A DNA stretch of 64,000 nucleotides from Thermoplasmata archaeon (GCA_035502455.1 DATJUI010000011.1:15951-79950); one strand, 5' to 3'; counted from the first letter of the stretch, positions 18,303-29,052 are shown. The notes: a model not told the origin generated them from the sequence alone. Numbers and translations: made by a program.

Positions 18303-19925
18303 ATGCTCCAGGGTACCCCGATTCTGATCCTGAAGGAAGGCACGGAGCGCGAACGCGGCAAGGGCGCGGCGGCGAACAACATCGCGGCGGCGCGGGCGAT
18401 CGCGGACACGGTCCGCACGACCCTCGGGCCGCGCGGCATGGACAAGATGCTCGTCGACGGCATGGGCGACATCACGATCACGAACGACGGCGTCACGATC
18501 CTCAAGGAGATCGACGTCGAGCACCCGGCCGCGAAGATGCTGGTCGAGGTCGCGAAGACGCAGGACCAGCAGTGCGGCGACGGGACGACCACGGCCGTCG
18601 TGCTCGCGGGCGAGCTGTTGAAGCGCGCCGAGGCCCTGCTCGAGCAGAACGTCCACCCGACGGTCATCACGCGCGGCTACCAGCTCGCGGTCGCGGAGGC
18701 GAAGCGCCTCCTCGAGACCGAGATCGGCGTCGCCGTCAAGGCCGAGGACGAGGGGGTCCTGCTCGACTGCGCCGCGACGGCGATGGGGTCGAAGGGGGTC
18801 TACGGCTCCCGGGACCACCTCGCCAAGATCGCGGTCGACGCCGTGCGCCGGATCGCGGAACAGCGCGGCGGCAAGACCGTCGCGGACGTCGACCAGATCA
18901 AGGTCGAGAAGCGCCACGGCGGCTCGATCTCGGACACGGAGCTCATCGAGGGGATCATCCTCGACAAGGAGCGCGGACACTCGCGCATGCCGGCCGAGGT
19001 CAAGAACGCGAAGATCGCGCTCCTCAACTCGGCGCTCGAGGTCAAGAAGACCGAGATCGAGAGCAAGATCAACATCAAGAACCCCGCCCAGATCCAGAGC
19101 TTCCTCGACGAGGAGGACAAGACGTTCCGCCGGATGGCGGACGCGGTGAAGGCGTCCGGGGCGAACGTCGTCATCTCCCAGAAGGGGATCGACGACGTGG
19201 TGCTCCACTACCTCGCGAAGGACGGCATCTACGCCTTGAAGCAGGTGAAGGAGTCCGACCTCCAGAAGCTGGCGCGCGCGACCGGGGGCAAGATCGTGAC
19301 CGGGATCAAGGAGCTGAGCGCGGCCGACCTGGGCACGGCGGCCCAGGTGGAGGAACGCAAGGTCGGCGACGACAAGATGACGTTCGTCACCGGCTGCTCG
19401 AACCCCCGCTCGGTCTCGATCCTGATCCGCGGCGGCACGGAGCACGTGACCCAAGAGGTCGAGCGGTCGCTCCAGGATGCGCTCAAGGTCGTGGGCAGCG
19501 TGCTCGAGGACGGCCTCGTCGCCCCGGGCGGCGGTGCGCCCGAGATCGAGCTGTCGGTCCGCCTGCGCAAGTGGGCGGCGACCGTCGGCGGCCGCGAACA
19601 GCTCGCGGTCGAGGCGTTCGCCCAGGCGATCGAGTCGGTGCCGTGGGCGCTCGCCGAGAACGGAGGCTACGACTCGATCAATGTGCTGATCGCCCTGCGC
19701 CGGGCCCACGACGGCTCCGCGGCGAACAAGAACATCGGGATCAACCTCGCCGACGGCTCCGTGACGGACATGTGGAAGCTCCACGTTATCGAGCCCGTCC
19801 GGGTGAAGCGCCAGGCCCTGAGCTCGGCCGGCGAAGTGGCGAACATGGTCCTCCGGATCGACGACGTCATCGCGTCGAAGAGGTCGAGCCCGGCGCCCCC
19901 GTCGGGCGGCGGCCACGACCACTAG
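18303..19925 (+). CDS. ths: Thermosome (group II chaperonin) subunit
   Basis: 540 aa. N-terminus [18 protein letters not shown]-binding GDGTTT, plus the MDKM and VPGGGA motifs. Confidence 0.95.
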   Translation: MLQGTPILILKEGTERERGKGAAANNIAAARAIADTVRTTLGPRGMDKMLVDGMGDITITNDGVTILKEIDVEHPAAKMLVEVAKTQDQQCGDGTTTAVVLAGELLKRAEALLEQNVHPTVITRGYQLAVAEAKRLLETEIGVAVKAEDEGVLLDCAATAMGSKGVYGSRDHLAKIAVDAVRRIAEQRGGKTVADVDQIKVEKRHGGSISDTELIEGIILDKERGHSRMPAEVKNAKIALLNSALEVKKTEIESKINIKNPAQIQSFLDEEDKTFRRMADAVKASGANVVISQKGIDDVVLHYLAKDGIYALKQVKESDLQKLARATGGKIVTGIKELSAADLGTAAQVEERKVGDDKMTFVTGCSNPRSVSILIRGGTEHVTQEVERSLQDALKVVGSVLEDGLVAPGGGAPEIELSVRLRKWAATVGGREQLAVEAFAQAIESVPWALAENGGYDSINVLIALRRAHDGSAANKNIGINLADGSVTDMWKLHVIEPVRVKRQALSSAGEVANMVLRIDDVIASKRSSPAPPSGGGHDH

Positions 19926-20039
19926 CGAACCCCTTCGCCCCGCCCGGCACCGAGCGCGGTGCCGGCCGCCTTCCTCCACCGCCGTCCGCCGTCGCCCGTA
20001 GGTTAAAGGGCCGGGAGCCCGTCGCCGCTCCCGCGAGGC

Positions 20040-20258
20040 ATGGAGCCGTCGACCCGGGGCGCGATCGCCGGCTGCCTCTTCGCGGGGGCCGCGATGATCT
20101 CGTTCGTGTCGTACCTGGTCACGAACAGCCTCCTCTCGCTGCTCGCGGGTGGTCTGTTCGCGCTGGCCGGCGCGGTCTGGCTCGTGCGCGCCTTCCGGCC
20201 GCCCGTCGCGCCCGCCCCGGGCCCGGCCGCCCCCGCGGGCGGTGCGAAGTCTTCTTAA
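20040..20258 (+). CDS. Small predicted membrane protein (2 TM)
   Basis: 72-aa ORF with two hydrophobic helices. No homology assignable from sequence. Confidence 0.35.
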   Translation: MEPSTRGAIAGCLFAGAAMISFVSYLVTNSLLSLLAGGLFALAGAVWLVRAFRPPVAPAPGPAAPAGGAKSS

Positions 20259-20282
20259 CACGAGGCGGGTAGGCCGCTCGCC

Positions 20283-20684
20283 ATGCGCACGAAGCCGGTC
20301 GAGGGCGTGCTGCGCCTCGATGTCGTCACGCTGGATCCGCGACCGGCCGTCTACCTCGCGTACGACGGGCTCGCGGGGATCAGCCAGCGGCCCTTGCTGC
20401 GCGACCTGCTGGACGAGCTCGAGCGCAAGGGACCCGCGGAGCTTGCCAAGTTCCTCGACGCGCTCCGTCGCCACCGGTCCGGCCAGATCCACGTCTACTT
20501 TTCCGACTACGTGAGCTACGGGATCGGTGGGGGCGATGCGGCCGCCGAGTTCTTCCTCGGCACGTTCCTGCTCCTCCACGAGCCGGCGCGGCCCGCGGGC
20601 AAGGAGCCGGCCGTCCCCGAGCACCTCGCGCTGTTCCGGCCGGGCGGCGTCGAGCGGCTCTCGCTCGAAGGGACCGTCTCCTAG
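20283..20684 (+). CDS. Hypothetical protein
   Basis: 133-aa ORF between the thermosome and lysS. Codon usage is consistent with its neighbours. No motif recognised. Confidence 0.4.
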   Translation: MRTKPVEGVLRLDVVTLDPRPAVYLAYDGLAGISQRPLLRDLLDELERKGPAELAKFLDALRRHRSGQIHVYFSDYVSYGIGGGDAAAEFFLGTFLLLHEPARPAGKEPAVPEHLALFRPGGVERLSLEGTVS

Positions 20685-20744
20685 GCCGCTGCGCGACGAG
20701 ACTTATCCCCCCACGGCCGTCTCGGGGCTCGTCGTTCGAGGCCG

Positions 20745-22220
20745 ATGGTCGAGGAGTCACCGCTCGAGCACGAGCGACGGGAGAAGATCGGGCGGCTCCG
20801 GGCCCGAGGCACCGAGCCGTTCCCCTGGTCGTTCCCGGGCCGGGTCGCGACGAGCGTCGTCCGGGCCGCGGCCGCCCGGCTTCGGCCGGGGGAGGAGGAC
20901 CTGGCCCATCCGCTCCGGGTCGCCGGCCGTCTCCGGGCGATCCGGGTGCACGGACGGACCGCGTTCGCCGACCTCGACGACCTCGAAGGGTCGCTCCAGC
21001 TGCTCCTGCGCGTCGACGAGCTCGGGGAGCGCGGCTTTGCCGACTGGATCGCCGACCTCGACCCGGGCGACCTCGTCGGCGCCGACGGCGCCCCGGCGGT
21101 CTCGCGGCGCGGGGAGCCGTCCCTCCTCGTCTCGTCGCTGACGCTGCTCGCGAAGGCGATCGCCCCTCCGCCGGAGAAGTTCCACGGTCTCCAGGACGTC
21201 GAGGAACGGATCCGGCGCCGGTACGTCGAGCTGCTCGCGTCGCCCGAGAGCCGCAACCGCTTCCGGTTGCGCTCCCTGCTCGTCGCCGAGACCCGTCGGT
21301 TCCTCGCCGACGCGGCGTTCCTCGAGGTCGAGACCCCCGTGCTGCTCCCGGTCGCCGGCGGCGCCGCGGCCCGTCCGTTCGTCACCCGCTCCCACTACCT
21401 CGACGAGGAGCTCCAGCTCCGGATCGCGCTCGAACTGCCCCTCAAGCGCCTCCTCGTCGGGGGCCTCGAGCGGGTGTTCGAGATCGGCAAGTGCTTCCGG
21501 AACGAGGACATGGATACGACCCACTCGCCCGAGTTCACGATGCTCGAGCTGTACTGGGCGTACGCCGACTACCACGACATGCGCGGGCTCGTCGAACGAC
21601 TGTACACGGCGCTGGGGCGGCGGGCCACCGAGGCGTATCCGGACTCCCGGGAGATCGCCGAGGCCGCACGGGCGTTCGCCGCCGGATTCTCGACCATCGA
21701 CTTCGTCGACGAGCTCGAGCGCCGCAGCGGGATCCCGGACCTCGGGTCGAAGGAGCCGGCCGAGCTGGCCCGGCTCGTCCGCGCGGCCGGCTCGACGGTC
21801 CCGGCCGACTCCCCGCCGGGGGTCTTCCTCGACAAGCTGTTCGAGCACTACGTCGAGCCGACGCTGACCGCGCCGACGTTCGTCGTCGATCACCCCGAGA
21901 CGACGACCCCCCTCGCGAAGCGCCACCGCGCGAAGCCGGGTCGCGTCGAGCGGTTCGAGTTCTACTTCCGGGGCTTCGAGCTCGGCAACGCCTACACCGA
22001 GCTCAACGATCCGGACGAGCAGGAGCGCCGCTTCCGGGCGCAGCTGAGCGCCCGCGGCGCGGAGCAGTATGCGTTCGACGAGGACTTCGTCCGGGCGCTC
22101 CGCTACGGACTCCCGCCGTGCACGGGCGTCGGGATCGGGGTCGACCGGATGGTGATGGCGCTCACGGGCACGCCGTCGATCAAGGAGGTCATCCTCTTCC
22201 CCCAGACCCGGCGCGCGTAG
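20745..22220 (+). CDS. lysS: Lysyl-tRNA synthetase, class II
   Basis: Class II aaRS motifs: motif 1 region FLEVETPVL, motif 2 FEIGKCFRNEDMDTTHSPEFTMLELYWAY, motif 3 GVGIGVDRMVMALTG. N-terminal OB-fold anticodon-binding region. Confidence 0.85.
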   Translation: MVEESPLEHERREKIGRLRARGTEPFPWSFPGRVATSVVRAAAARLRPGEEDLAHPLRVAGRLRAIRVHGRTAFADLDDLEGSLQLLLRVDELGERGFADWIADLDPGDLVGADGAPAVSRRGEPSLLVSSLTLLAKAIAPPPEKFHGLQDVEERIRRRYVELLASPESRNRFRLRSLLVAETRRFLADAAFLEVETPVLLPVAGGAAARPFVTRSHYLDEELQLRIALELPLKRLLVGGLERVFEIGKCFRNEDMDTTHSPEFTMLELYWAYADYHDMRGLVERLYTALGRRATEAYPDSREIAEAARAFAAGFSTIDFVDELERRSGIPDLGSKEPAELARLVRAAGSTVPADSPPGVFLDKLFEHYVEPTLTAPTFVVDHPETTTPLAKRHRAKPGRVERFEFYFRGFELGNAYTELNDPDEQERRFRAQLSARGAEQYAFDEDFVRALRYGLPPCTGVGIGVDRMVMALTGTPSIKEVILFPQTRRA

Positions 22221-22260
22221 CGCCGGGGCGCGTATCCCGCGGGGGGCGGAGGCGTCGGCG

Positions 22261-23052
22261 ATGGAGGCGCACGTCGACCCCCCGCCCCTCGCCATCGAGC
22301 AGCTGCGCGTCGTCTACGGCGAGCGGCCCGCGGTCGACCGGCTCTCGCTCTCGGTGCGACCCGGCGAGATCTACGGACTGCTCGGCTCGAACGGGGCCGG
22401 GAAATCGAGCACGATCAAGTCGATCGTCGGCCTCGTGCGGCCCGTCGGCGGCTCGATCCGGGTCTTCGGGCTCGACCCGATCGCGACCCCCGTCGCCGCG
22501 AAGGCCCAGATCGGGTACGTGCCCGAGACCAGCCTGCTCTACGAGGCGCTGACGCCCCGGGAGTTCCTCGAGTTCGTCGCGAGCGTCCGCCGACTCGAGG
22601 CGCGCGCCGCGTCGGAGCGGATCGCCGCGTACGCGACCGCCTTTCGGCTCGAGACCGAGCTCGAGGAGCCGATCCTCACGCTGTCGCAGGGGACCCGGCA
22701 GAAGGTCCTGATCCTCGGCGCTCTCCTCCACCAGCCGCCGCTCCTCGTGCTGGACGAGCCGCTCCACAGCCTCGACCCGCGCTCGGTGCGCATCATGAAG
22801 GAGCTCCTCGCCCGGTACGTCACGGTCCCGGGCCGCGGGGTCCTGTTCTCGACGCACACGATGGAGGTCGCGGAGCAGCTCTGCCATCGGATCGGGATCC
22901 TGGACCACGGGGTCCTGCGCGGCGAGGGGACGCTGGCGGAGCTGCGCGGTCGGGTGGCGCAGGGGGACGCGACGCTCGAGGAGATCTTCCTTCGCCTCAC
23001 GGAGGAAGCGTCCGGCGTCGCCGCGGCGGTGAACGCGCTCGAGGGGCGGTAG
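22261..23052 (+). CDS. ABC transporter ATP-binding protein
   Basis: Walker A GSNGAGKSS, signature LSQGTRQK, Walker B LLVLDEPL, H-loop. Confidence 0.85.
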   Translation: MEAHVDPPPLAIEQLRVVYGERPAVDRLSLSVRPGEIYGLLGSNGAGKSSTIKSIVGLVRPVGGSIRVFGLDPIATPVAAKAQIGYVPETSLLYEALTPREFLEFVASVRRLEARAASERIAAYATAFRLETELEEPILTLSQGTRQKVLILGALLHQPPLLVLDEPLHSLDPRSVRIMKELLARYVTVPGRGVLFSTHTMEVAEQLCHRIGILDHGVLRGEGTLAELRGRVAQGDATLEEIFLRLTEEASGVAAAVNALEGR

Positions 23053-23056
23053 CGGG

Positions 23057-24724
23057 ATGGGCTGGGCGGAGGCGCGCCGGTGGTCCGACGTCGCCTTCGG
23101 CGAGGTCGCGCTGCAGGCGATCTTCGCCTTCCGTCAGGGCAACCTCCCCGCGCCCGAGGACCCGCACCGCATCGTCCGCAAGGCGCGGCGCCGGGTCGTG
23201 CAGAGCAAGGCGATCATCAGCGTCTTCCTCGCCCTGATCGCGCTCGTGGCGGCGGTCGCCCTGCGCTCGGCCGGCACGATCGTCGGGAGCGGGTTCGTCC
23301 CGTCGACGCTCGCCCCCGGGCTGTTCGACGCCGGGATCGTCACGGGCCTCCTGAGCCTCGACATCGCCTTTCTCTGGTGGACCGGCCTCCAGGTGCTCCC
23401 GACGTTCCTCTCGGCGGAGGTGCTCCCGGTGCTGGAGCCGCTCCCGATCGACGACCGCACGCTGCGGCAGACCGCGGCCCTGCTGTACGTGCGACTGTTC
23501 GACCTCCCGGCCCTCACCGTCCTGGTCGCGACCCCGGTGTTCGTCGGCCTCGCGGTCGGGCCGTGGGCCGGGGTCGCGGTCGTGCCGGGGGCCGTGGCGG
23601 CCGTCGCGTTCGCGCTCGCCCTGTCGCTGCTCACCGCGCGCTTCTTCGTGCGGCGGGTACAGGGCGCGCGCGGGGGGGGCGGATCGACCGCGCTCCGGTG
23701 GGCGTACCTCCTCCTCTGGGTGATCCCGGCGTTCGGCCTCTTCGCCTTCGTCACCGCCGCGCCGGCCCTGTTCGAGGCCCTCGACGCGATCGCGCTCCGG
23801 GGGCCGTCGGTCCCCGCCTACCTCCTGCTCGCCGCCTTCCCGTTCGCGCTCGCGAGCCTCCCCGCGGTCGCGGCCCAGGGGCCGGCCGGGTTCGGTCTCC
23901 CGACCGGCGGGGTCGTCCTGGGCGCCGCGGCGGTCGGCTACCTGGCGCTCGCGGGGTGGGCCGTCGTCTGGACCCTGCGGAGCGTCCGGACGTTCGGCCT
24001 CGCGCCCGCGCTCGCGCCGGCCGCGGGGCCGACGCCGCGGTACGACGTCCACCCGACGTCGCCCGCGTGGGCGGTGCTCGTGAAGGACCTGCGGATCGCG
24101 AGCCGGACCCCCGGCTATGCGTTCCTCCTGCTCCTCCCGATCCTCGACGCCGCGGCAATCGGCCTCTGGACGTACGCCTCGGCGAGCGCCGCCTCGGCCG
24201 CCCTGGCCCTCGGCCTCGCCGCCGTCGCCACGGCCGCGTTGCTCGCAACCTTCTTCGGCCCCGCGTTCTTCGCGATCGAGGTGAACGCGTACTCCTACGG
24301 TCGCGCGCTCCCGCTCCCCGACCGGGCGGTGCTGCTGGGCAAGGTCGCGCTCGTCGCGCTCCTCTACCTCGTCGCGGCCGGGATCGTGCTCGGACTCTCG
24401 GCGGCCCGGGTGTTCGATCCGCTCGTGTTCGCGGCGTTCGTCGCGGCCGAGCTGCCGGCCGTGGTCGCGGCGTCGATGCTCGCGCTCGGGATCCTGTTCC
24501 ACCGTGCCCGGCGCCGGGGGCTGCCGATCGTCAACCTGTACGCCGGCACGTGGTACGCGGTCCTGGTGTCGATCCCCGCCCTGATCGTCGCGGGGGTGCC
24601 GCTCCTGATCTTCCACGACCTCAGCGCGGCCGGCGCGTACCCGGGACTGGCGGGGATGGGGGCCGGGGCGCTCGCCGAGCTCGCGTTCTGCGCCCCGTTC
24701 GCGCTCGCGGGGGGGTCGACCTGA
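23057..24724 (+). CDS. Polytopic membrane protein, putative ABC-2-type exporter permease
   Basis: 555-aa very hydrophobic ORF directly downstream of the ABC ATPase. Its stop overlaps the start of the next gene. Confidence 0.55.
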   Translation: MGWAEARRWSDVAFGEVALQAIFAFRQGNLPAPEDPHRIVRKARRRVVQSKAIISVFLALIALVAAVALRSAGTIVGSGFVPSTLAPGLFDAGIVTGLLSLDIAFLWWTGLQVLPTFLSAEVLPVLEPLPIDDRTLRQTAALLYVRLFDLPALTVLVATPVFVGLAVGPWAGVAVVPGAVAAVAFALALSLLTARFFVRRVQGARGGGGSTALRWAYLLLWVIPAFGLFAFVTAAPALFEALDAIALRGPSVPAYLLLAAFPFALASLPAVAAQGPAGFGLPTGGVVLGAAAVGYLALAGWAVVWTLRSVRTFGLAPALAPAAGPTPRYDVHPTSPAWAVLVKDLRIASRTPGYAFLLLLPILDAAAIGLWTYASASAASAALALGLAAVATAALLATFFGPAFFAIEVNAYSYGRALPLPDRAVLLGKVALVALLYLVAAGIVLGLSAARVFDPLVFAAFVAAELPAVVAASMLALGILFHRARRRGLPIVNLYAGTWYAVLVSIPALIVAGVPLLIFHDLSAAGAYPGLAGMGAGALAELAFCAPFALAGGST

Positions 24725-27405
24725 GCGACGAGGGGCTGCCGCCCCGCTTCGACCCGCCGGCGATCGAGGCCCGCTGGCAGGCCGCCTGGGAGGCGGCGGG
24801 CGTCTTCCGGGCGCCCGACCGCCCCCGCGGACCGACCTACTCGCTGATCCAGCCGCCGCCGAACGTCACCGGAGTGCTGACGATCGGCCACATGCTGGGC
24901 GGGACGGTGATGGACATCCGGACCCGGTACCACCGGATGCGCGGGGACGCGACCCTCTGGGTCCCCGGGCTCGATCACGCCGGGCTGGCGACCCAGGTCG
25001 AGGTCCGGCGGCGGCTCCACCGGGCCGGGATCCGCTTCGAGGCGCTCTCCCGCGACGAGGCGCTCGGGGAGATCGAGCGGTGGAAGGACGAGCACGAGGC
25101 GCGGATCCGCGCGCAGACCCAGGCGGTCGGCTTCTCGATCGACCGCTCCCGCTACCGCTACACGATGGATCCGGCCAGCGTCCGGGCGACCCGGGAGGCG
25201 TTCGTCCGGCTCTACGAGGCCGGACTGATCTACCGCGGAGAGCGGATGGTCAACTGGGACCCGACCCTGCGGACCGCCCTCTCCGACCTCGAGGTCGTGC
25301 ATCGGGAGGAGACGACCTCGCTCGTCTACGTGCGCTACCCATGGGCGGACGGCACCCCGGGCGGCCTCGAGGTCGCGACGGTCCGGCCGGAGACGATCTT
25401 CGGCGACGTCGCGATCGCCGTGCACCCCGACGATCCCCGCTACCGGGACGCGGTCGGGCGCTCGGTGATGATCCCGCTGACCGACCGGACCGGTCCGGTC
25501 CTCGCGGACTCGGCGGTCGATCCGACGTTCGGCGCCGGGGCGCTCAAGATCACGCCCCGGCACGACCCGATCGACCGCGAGATCTTCCTTAGGCACCCCG
25601 AGCTCGCGGACCCTCCCGACATCTTCGACGCGTCGGCCCGGCTCGACGGCGATCGGGTGCCCGCCCCGTTGCGGGGGCTCGACCGCGACACGGCCCGCGC
25701 CCGGACGATCGAGGCGCTCGAACGCGAGGGGTTCCTGCTGCGCCAGGAACCGTACCGCCACTCCGTCGCGCGGTCCGAACGGTCGGATGCGGCGATCGAG
25801 CCCCGCCTCTCCACCCAGTGGTTCGTGCGCATGGCCCCGCTCGCCACTCCGGTGATCGACGCGGTCCGCCGCGGGGAGATCCGGATCCACCCCGAACGGT
25901 GGTCGCTCACGTTCTTCCGGTGGATGGAGTCGATCCAGGACTGGTGCATCTCGCGTCAGGTGCTCTGGGGCCATCCGGTCCCCGTGGTGACGTGCCGGTC
26001 CTGCGGGCGCGCCACGGTGACCGTCGAACCGCCGGTCGCCTGCGCGCACTGTGGGAGCCCCGAGCTCGCGGCCGACCCGGACGTGCTCGACGCCTGGTTC
26101 ACCTCGTGGCTCTGGCCGTTCGCCGCGCTCGGCTGGCCGGAGCGGACATCCGACCTCGCCCACTACGCGCCCACGGACGTCCTCGTCACCGGCCGCGACA
26201 TCATGTTCTTCTGGGTCGCGCGGATGATGATGGCCGGCTACTACTTCGAGGGCCAGCGCCCGTTCGCCGATGTCTACTTCACCGGCATGCTCCGCGACGA
26301 GCTCGGCCGGAAGATGTCAAAGCACCTCGGGAACTCCCCCGACCCGCTCGACGTCATCCGCGAGCACGGGGCCGACCCGCTGAGGTTCGGGCTCGTCTTC
26401 CCGAACCCGACCGACGAGGACGGGCCGTTCGGGGCGACCGCCCTCGAGGGGGGGCGCCACTTCCTCACCAAACTGTGGAACCTCGTGCGGTTCGCGCAGC
26501 CGTACCTGCCGCCGGGGACCCCGGCCCCCGCCGCGCCCCCCCGCCTCGGGCCGGAGGCGGCGCTCGAGGACCGCTGGCTGCTGACCCGGTACCGCCGGAC
26601 CGCCGAGGAGGCCGACGCGGCGATCGCCGGTTTCGAGCCGACGCGCGCCGCGACGGTGCTCTACGGATTCGTCTGGCACGACCTGGCCGATCGCTACGTG
26701 GAGATCGCGAAGGAATCGCTCGCGGGCCGTCGCGGCGAACCCGCCCGACGCGCGTCCGCGGCGACGCTCCTGTTCGTCCTCGAGCGGACCCTGCGGCGGC
26801 TCCACCCGTTCGTCCCGCACGTGACCGAGGAGCTGTGGCACGCCCTCCCGCACGACGGCGAGCTCCTCGCGGTCGCCCGCTGGCCCGATCCGGCCGAGGC
26901 GCCGATCGACCCGGCCGCGGAGCTCGAGATGGCACCGGTCCTCGAGGCGGTCCACCTCCTTCGCAACCTGAGGGCCGAGGGCCGGGTGCCGCTCGAGGCG
27001 GTCCCGCGGGCCTGGATCCGGCCGAGCGGGGCCGAGATCGCCCGCGTGCTCGCGGCGCAGCGGGGCACGGTGGAACGGCTCGCGAAGGTCGCGCCGCTCG
27101 AGCTGCTCGCCCCGGACGCACCGGCCCCGACCGGGGCGGGCAGCCGCGTCGCCCCCGTCGGCGAGTGCTTCCTGGCCCGGGCGGCGCCGACCGCGGCGGA
27201 CGCCGAGGCGCTTCAACGGGAGCGCGAGACGCTGGCGACCCTGCTCGCGAAGACCGAGGGACGGCTCGCGGACCCCGTCTTCCGGGGCCGCGCGCCGCCC
27301 GAGGTCGTGGCGGAGGCGCAGGGGAAGGCGGTCGACCTTCGGGACCGGATCCGACGCATCGACGAGCACTTGAGGCTCGGGGCGTCCGGAGGGCTCGCCC
27401 CATGA
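24721..27405 (+). CDS. valS: Valyl-tRNA synthetase
   Basis: PPPNVTGVLTIGH (HIGH) and KMSKHLGNSP (KMSKS) motifs. About 894 aa, with a C-terminal coiled coil. No ATG/GTG/TTG at the N-terminus. The ORF begins at a CTG that overlaps the upstream TGA (cTGA). Confidence 0.8.
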   Translation: MSDEGLPPRFDPPAIEARWQAAWEAAGVFRAPDRPRGPTYSLIQPPPNVTGVLTIGHMLGGTVMDIRTRYHRMRGDATLWVPGLDHAGLATQVEVRRRLHRAGIRFEALSRDEALGEIERWKDEHEARIRAQTQAVGFSIDRSRYRYTMDPASVRATREAFVRLYEAGLIYRGERMVNWDPTLRTALSDLEVVHREETTSLVYVRYPWADGTPGGLEVATVRPETIFGDVAIAVHPDDPRYRDAVGRSVMIPLTDRTGPVLADSAVDPTFGAGALKITPRHDPIDREIFLRHPELADPPDIFDASARLDGDRVPAPLRGLDRDTARARTIEALEREGFLLRQEPYRHSVARSERSDAAIEPRLSTQWFVRMAPLATPVIDAVRRGEIRIHPERWSLTFFRWMESIQDWCISRQVLWGHPVPVVTCRSCGRATVTVEPPVACAHCGSPELAADPDVLDAWFTSWLWPFAALGWPERTSDLAHYAPTDVLVTGRDIMFFWVARMMMAGYYFEGQRPFADVYFTGMLRDELGRKMSKHLGNSPDPLDVIREHGADPLRFGLVFPNPTDEDGPFGATALEGGRHFLTKLWNLVRFAQPYLPPGTPAPAAPPRLGPEAALEDRWLLTRYRRTAEEADAAIAGFEPTRAATVLYGFVWHDLADRYVEIAKESLAGRRGEPARRASAATLLFVLERTLRRLHPFVPHVTEELWHALPHDGELLAVARWPDPAEAPIDPAAELEMAPVLEAVHLLRNLRAEGRVPLEAVPRAWIRPSGAEIARVLAAQRGTVERLAKVAPLELLAPDAPAPTGAGSRVAPVGECFLARAAPTAADAEALQRERETLATLLAKTEGRLADPVFRGRAPPEVVAEAQGKAVDLRDRIRRIDEHLRLGASGGLAP

Positions 27406-28406
27406 GCCCCGCCCCGCGTCGCACGGCCCGCCCCCGACGGGCCCCGAAGCGCCCCGGACCGGCCCCGCCCCCGGCCGAGGGACCGATCGGCTCGATCCCG
27501 ATCCCGGGGGCGGCGAAGCCCCATCCCGAGCTCGGCATCGGCCTGTGGGCGCTCGGCCGCTGGAACCCGGAGCAGGAGGCGCACACGAAGGCGACGATCG
27601 GCCGCGCCTGGGAGCAGGGGTTCCGGTGGTTCGACACGGCCGAGGTGTACGGCGGCGGCCGGTCCGAGCGGATCCTCGGCGACGTCCTCGCGCGGACCCC
27701 GTCGGGCGGATCCGACGCCTACGTGGTCACCAAGGTCTCCTGGGAACATCTTCGGCCGGCGCAGGTCCACGCGAGCCTCGTCAACAGCCTGGAGCGGCTC
27801 GGGCGGCCGTCGGTCGACCTCTACCTCGTGCACGCCCCGGACCCGCACGTACCCCTGGGAGAGACGATGGGGGCGCTCGAGGCCGCCTGGAAGGCGGGCA
27901 CGGTCGGGGCGATCGGGGTCTCCAACTTCGGGGTCGAGGAGCTCGAGGCCGCCGCCGGGCACCTCGCCGAGGCCCGCATCGCGGTGAACCAGGTGCGCTA
28001 CAACCTGTTCGACCGGGACGAGGCGGAACCGGTCCGGGAGTACTGCGCCCGTCACGGCATCCTGCTCGAGGCGTACACCCCGCTCGCCCGGGGCCTGCTC
28101 CACGGACGGTACCTGGACGGCCGCCGGGTCCCGGCCGAGGTGCGACGGTTCGCGGCGCGCCTGTTCGAGCCGGACCGGCTCCCCGAGATCCTCGACCGGG
28201 CGCGCGCCCTTCGGGACCTCGCCCGCGAGGAGGGCGTGCCGATGGGCTCGCTCGCGCTCCACTGGCTCCGCCGGCAGGGGGCGGCGCCCGTCTTCGGCGC
28301 GAGCTCGCCGCCGCAGGTCGACGCCAACCTCGGGGCGTGGCGGGTCCGGCCGTCCGACGCGGCGCTCGATCGCGCGGACGCCATCGCGCGGGGCGACCGT
28401 GCTTAG
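27402..28406 (+). CDS. Aldo/keto reductase family oxidoreductase
   Basis: ATGA overlap with the valS stop. AKR motifs FDTAEVYGGG, catalytic Y/K/H context and IGVSNFG. Confidence 0.85.
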   Translation: MSPAPRRTARPRRAPKRPGPAPPPAEGPIGSIPIPGAAKPHPELGIGLWALGRWNPEQEAHTKATIGRAWEQGFRWFDTAEVYGGGRSERILGDVLARTPSGGSDAYVVTKVSWEHLRPAQVHASLVNSLERLGRPSVDLYLVHAPDPHVPLGETMGALEAAWKAGTVGAIGVSNFGVEELEAAAGHLAEARIAVNQVRYNLFDRDEAEPVREYCARHGILLEAYTPLARGLLHGRYLDGRRVPAEVRRFAARLFEPDRLPEILDRARALRDLAREEGVPMGSLALHWLRRQGAAPVFGASSPPQVDANLGAWRVRPSDAALDRADAIARGDRA

Positions 28407-29052
28407 GTTCGTCGCCTTCGACATGGACGGCACGCTCGTCGACGTGGCGAGCTCGTGGGCCGCCGTCCACGATCACTTCGGCGAGCACAACGCGGAGGGG
28501 CTCCGCCGGTTCCTCGCGAACGAGATCGACGACCGTCAGTTCATCCGCTCCGACGTCGAGATCTGGTGGCGGCACGCGCCCGACCTGACGATCGAGGACC
28601 TCGAGGCGATCCTGGGCGGCGTCCCGCTCATGCGGGGCGCCCACGCGCTCGTGGACGGGCTGAGGGCGCGGGGCGTGCGCACCGCGATCGTGAGCGGAGG
28701 GATCGACCTCCTCGCCCGACGGATCGGCCGGGAGCTCGGGATCGACCTCGTGCTCGCGAACGGCTTCCGCGTCACCGCGGACGGCCGGCTCACCGGCGAG
28801 GGGATCGTCCGCGTGCCGATCCAGGACAAGGAGTCGGTCGTCGCGGCGCTGCAGGAGTCGCTCGGGGTCTCGCCGGCCGAGACGGCGTCGGTCGGCAACT
28901 CCCAGATCGACGTGGGGATGTTCCGGCGCAGCCGCGTCGGGGTCGCCTTCCAGCCCGAGGACGACGACGTGCGCCGCGCCGCGACCCACATCGTCACCGA
29001 GCGCGACCTCGCGCGGGTCCTCCCGCTCCTCGAGCGGTTCGGGGACGCGTGA
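28399..29052 (+). CDS. HAD-superfamily phosphatase (phosphoserine phosphatase SerB-like)
   Basis: DxD motif FDMDGTLVD at the N-terminus, SGG motif, and C-terminal GNSQIDVGMF (GDxxxD-like). Confidence 0.7.
   Translation: MLRFVAFDMDGTLVDVASSWAAVHDHFGEHNAEGLRRFLANEIDDRQFIRSDVEIWWRHAPDLTIEDLEAILGGVPLMRGAHALVDGLRARGVRTAIVSGGIDLLARRIGRELGIDLVLANGFRVTADGRLTGEGIVRVPIQDKESVVAALQESLGVSPAETASVGNSQIDVGMFRRSRVGVAFQPEDDDVRRAATHIVTERDLARVLPLLERFGDA

Noticed and set aside
18258-20624. 788-aa minus-strand ORF
   Set aside because: Antisense to the thermosome gene. No domain signal. High-GC artefact.
23080-24720. Upstream 547 codons of the ORF that contains ValRS
   Set aside because: Alternative frame of the polytopic membrane protein gene. 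Gly/Arg/Pro-rich. The ValRS homology starts only at 24721.
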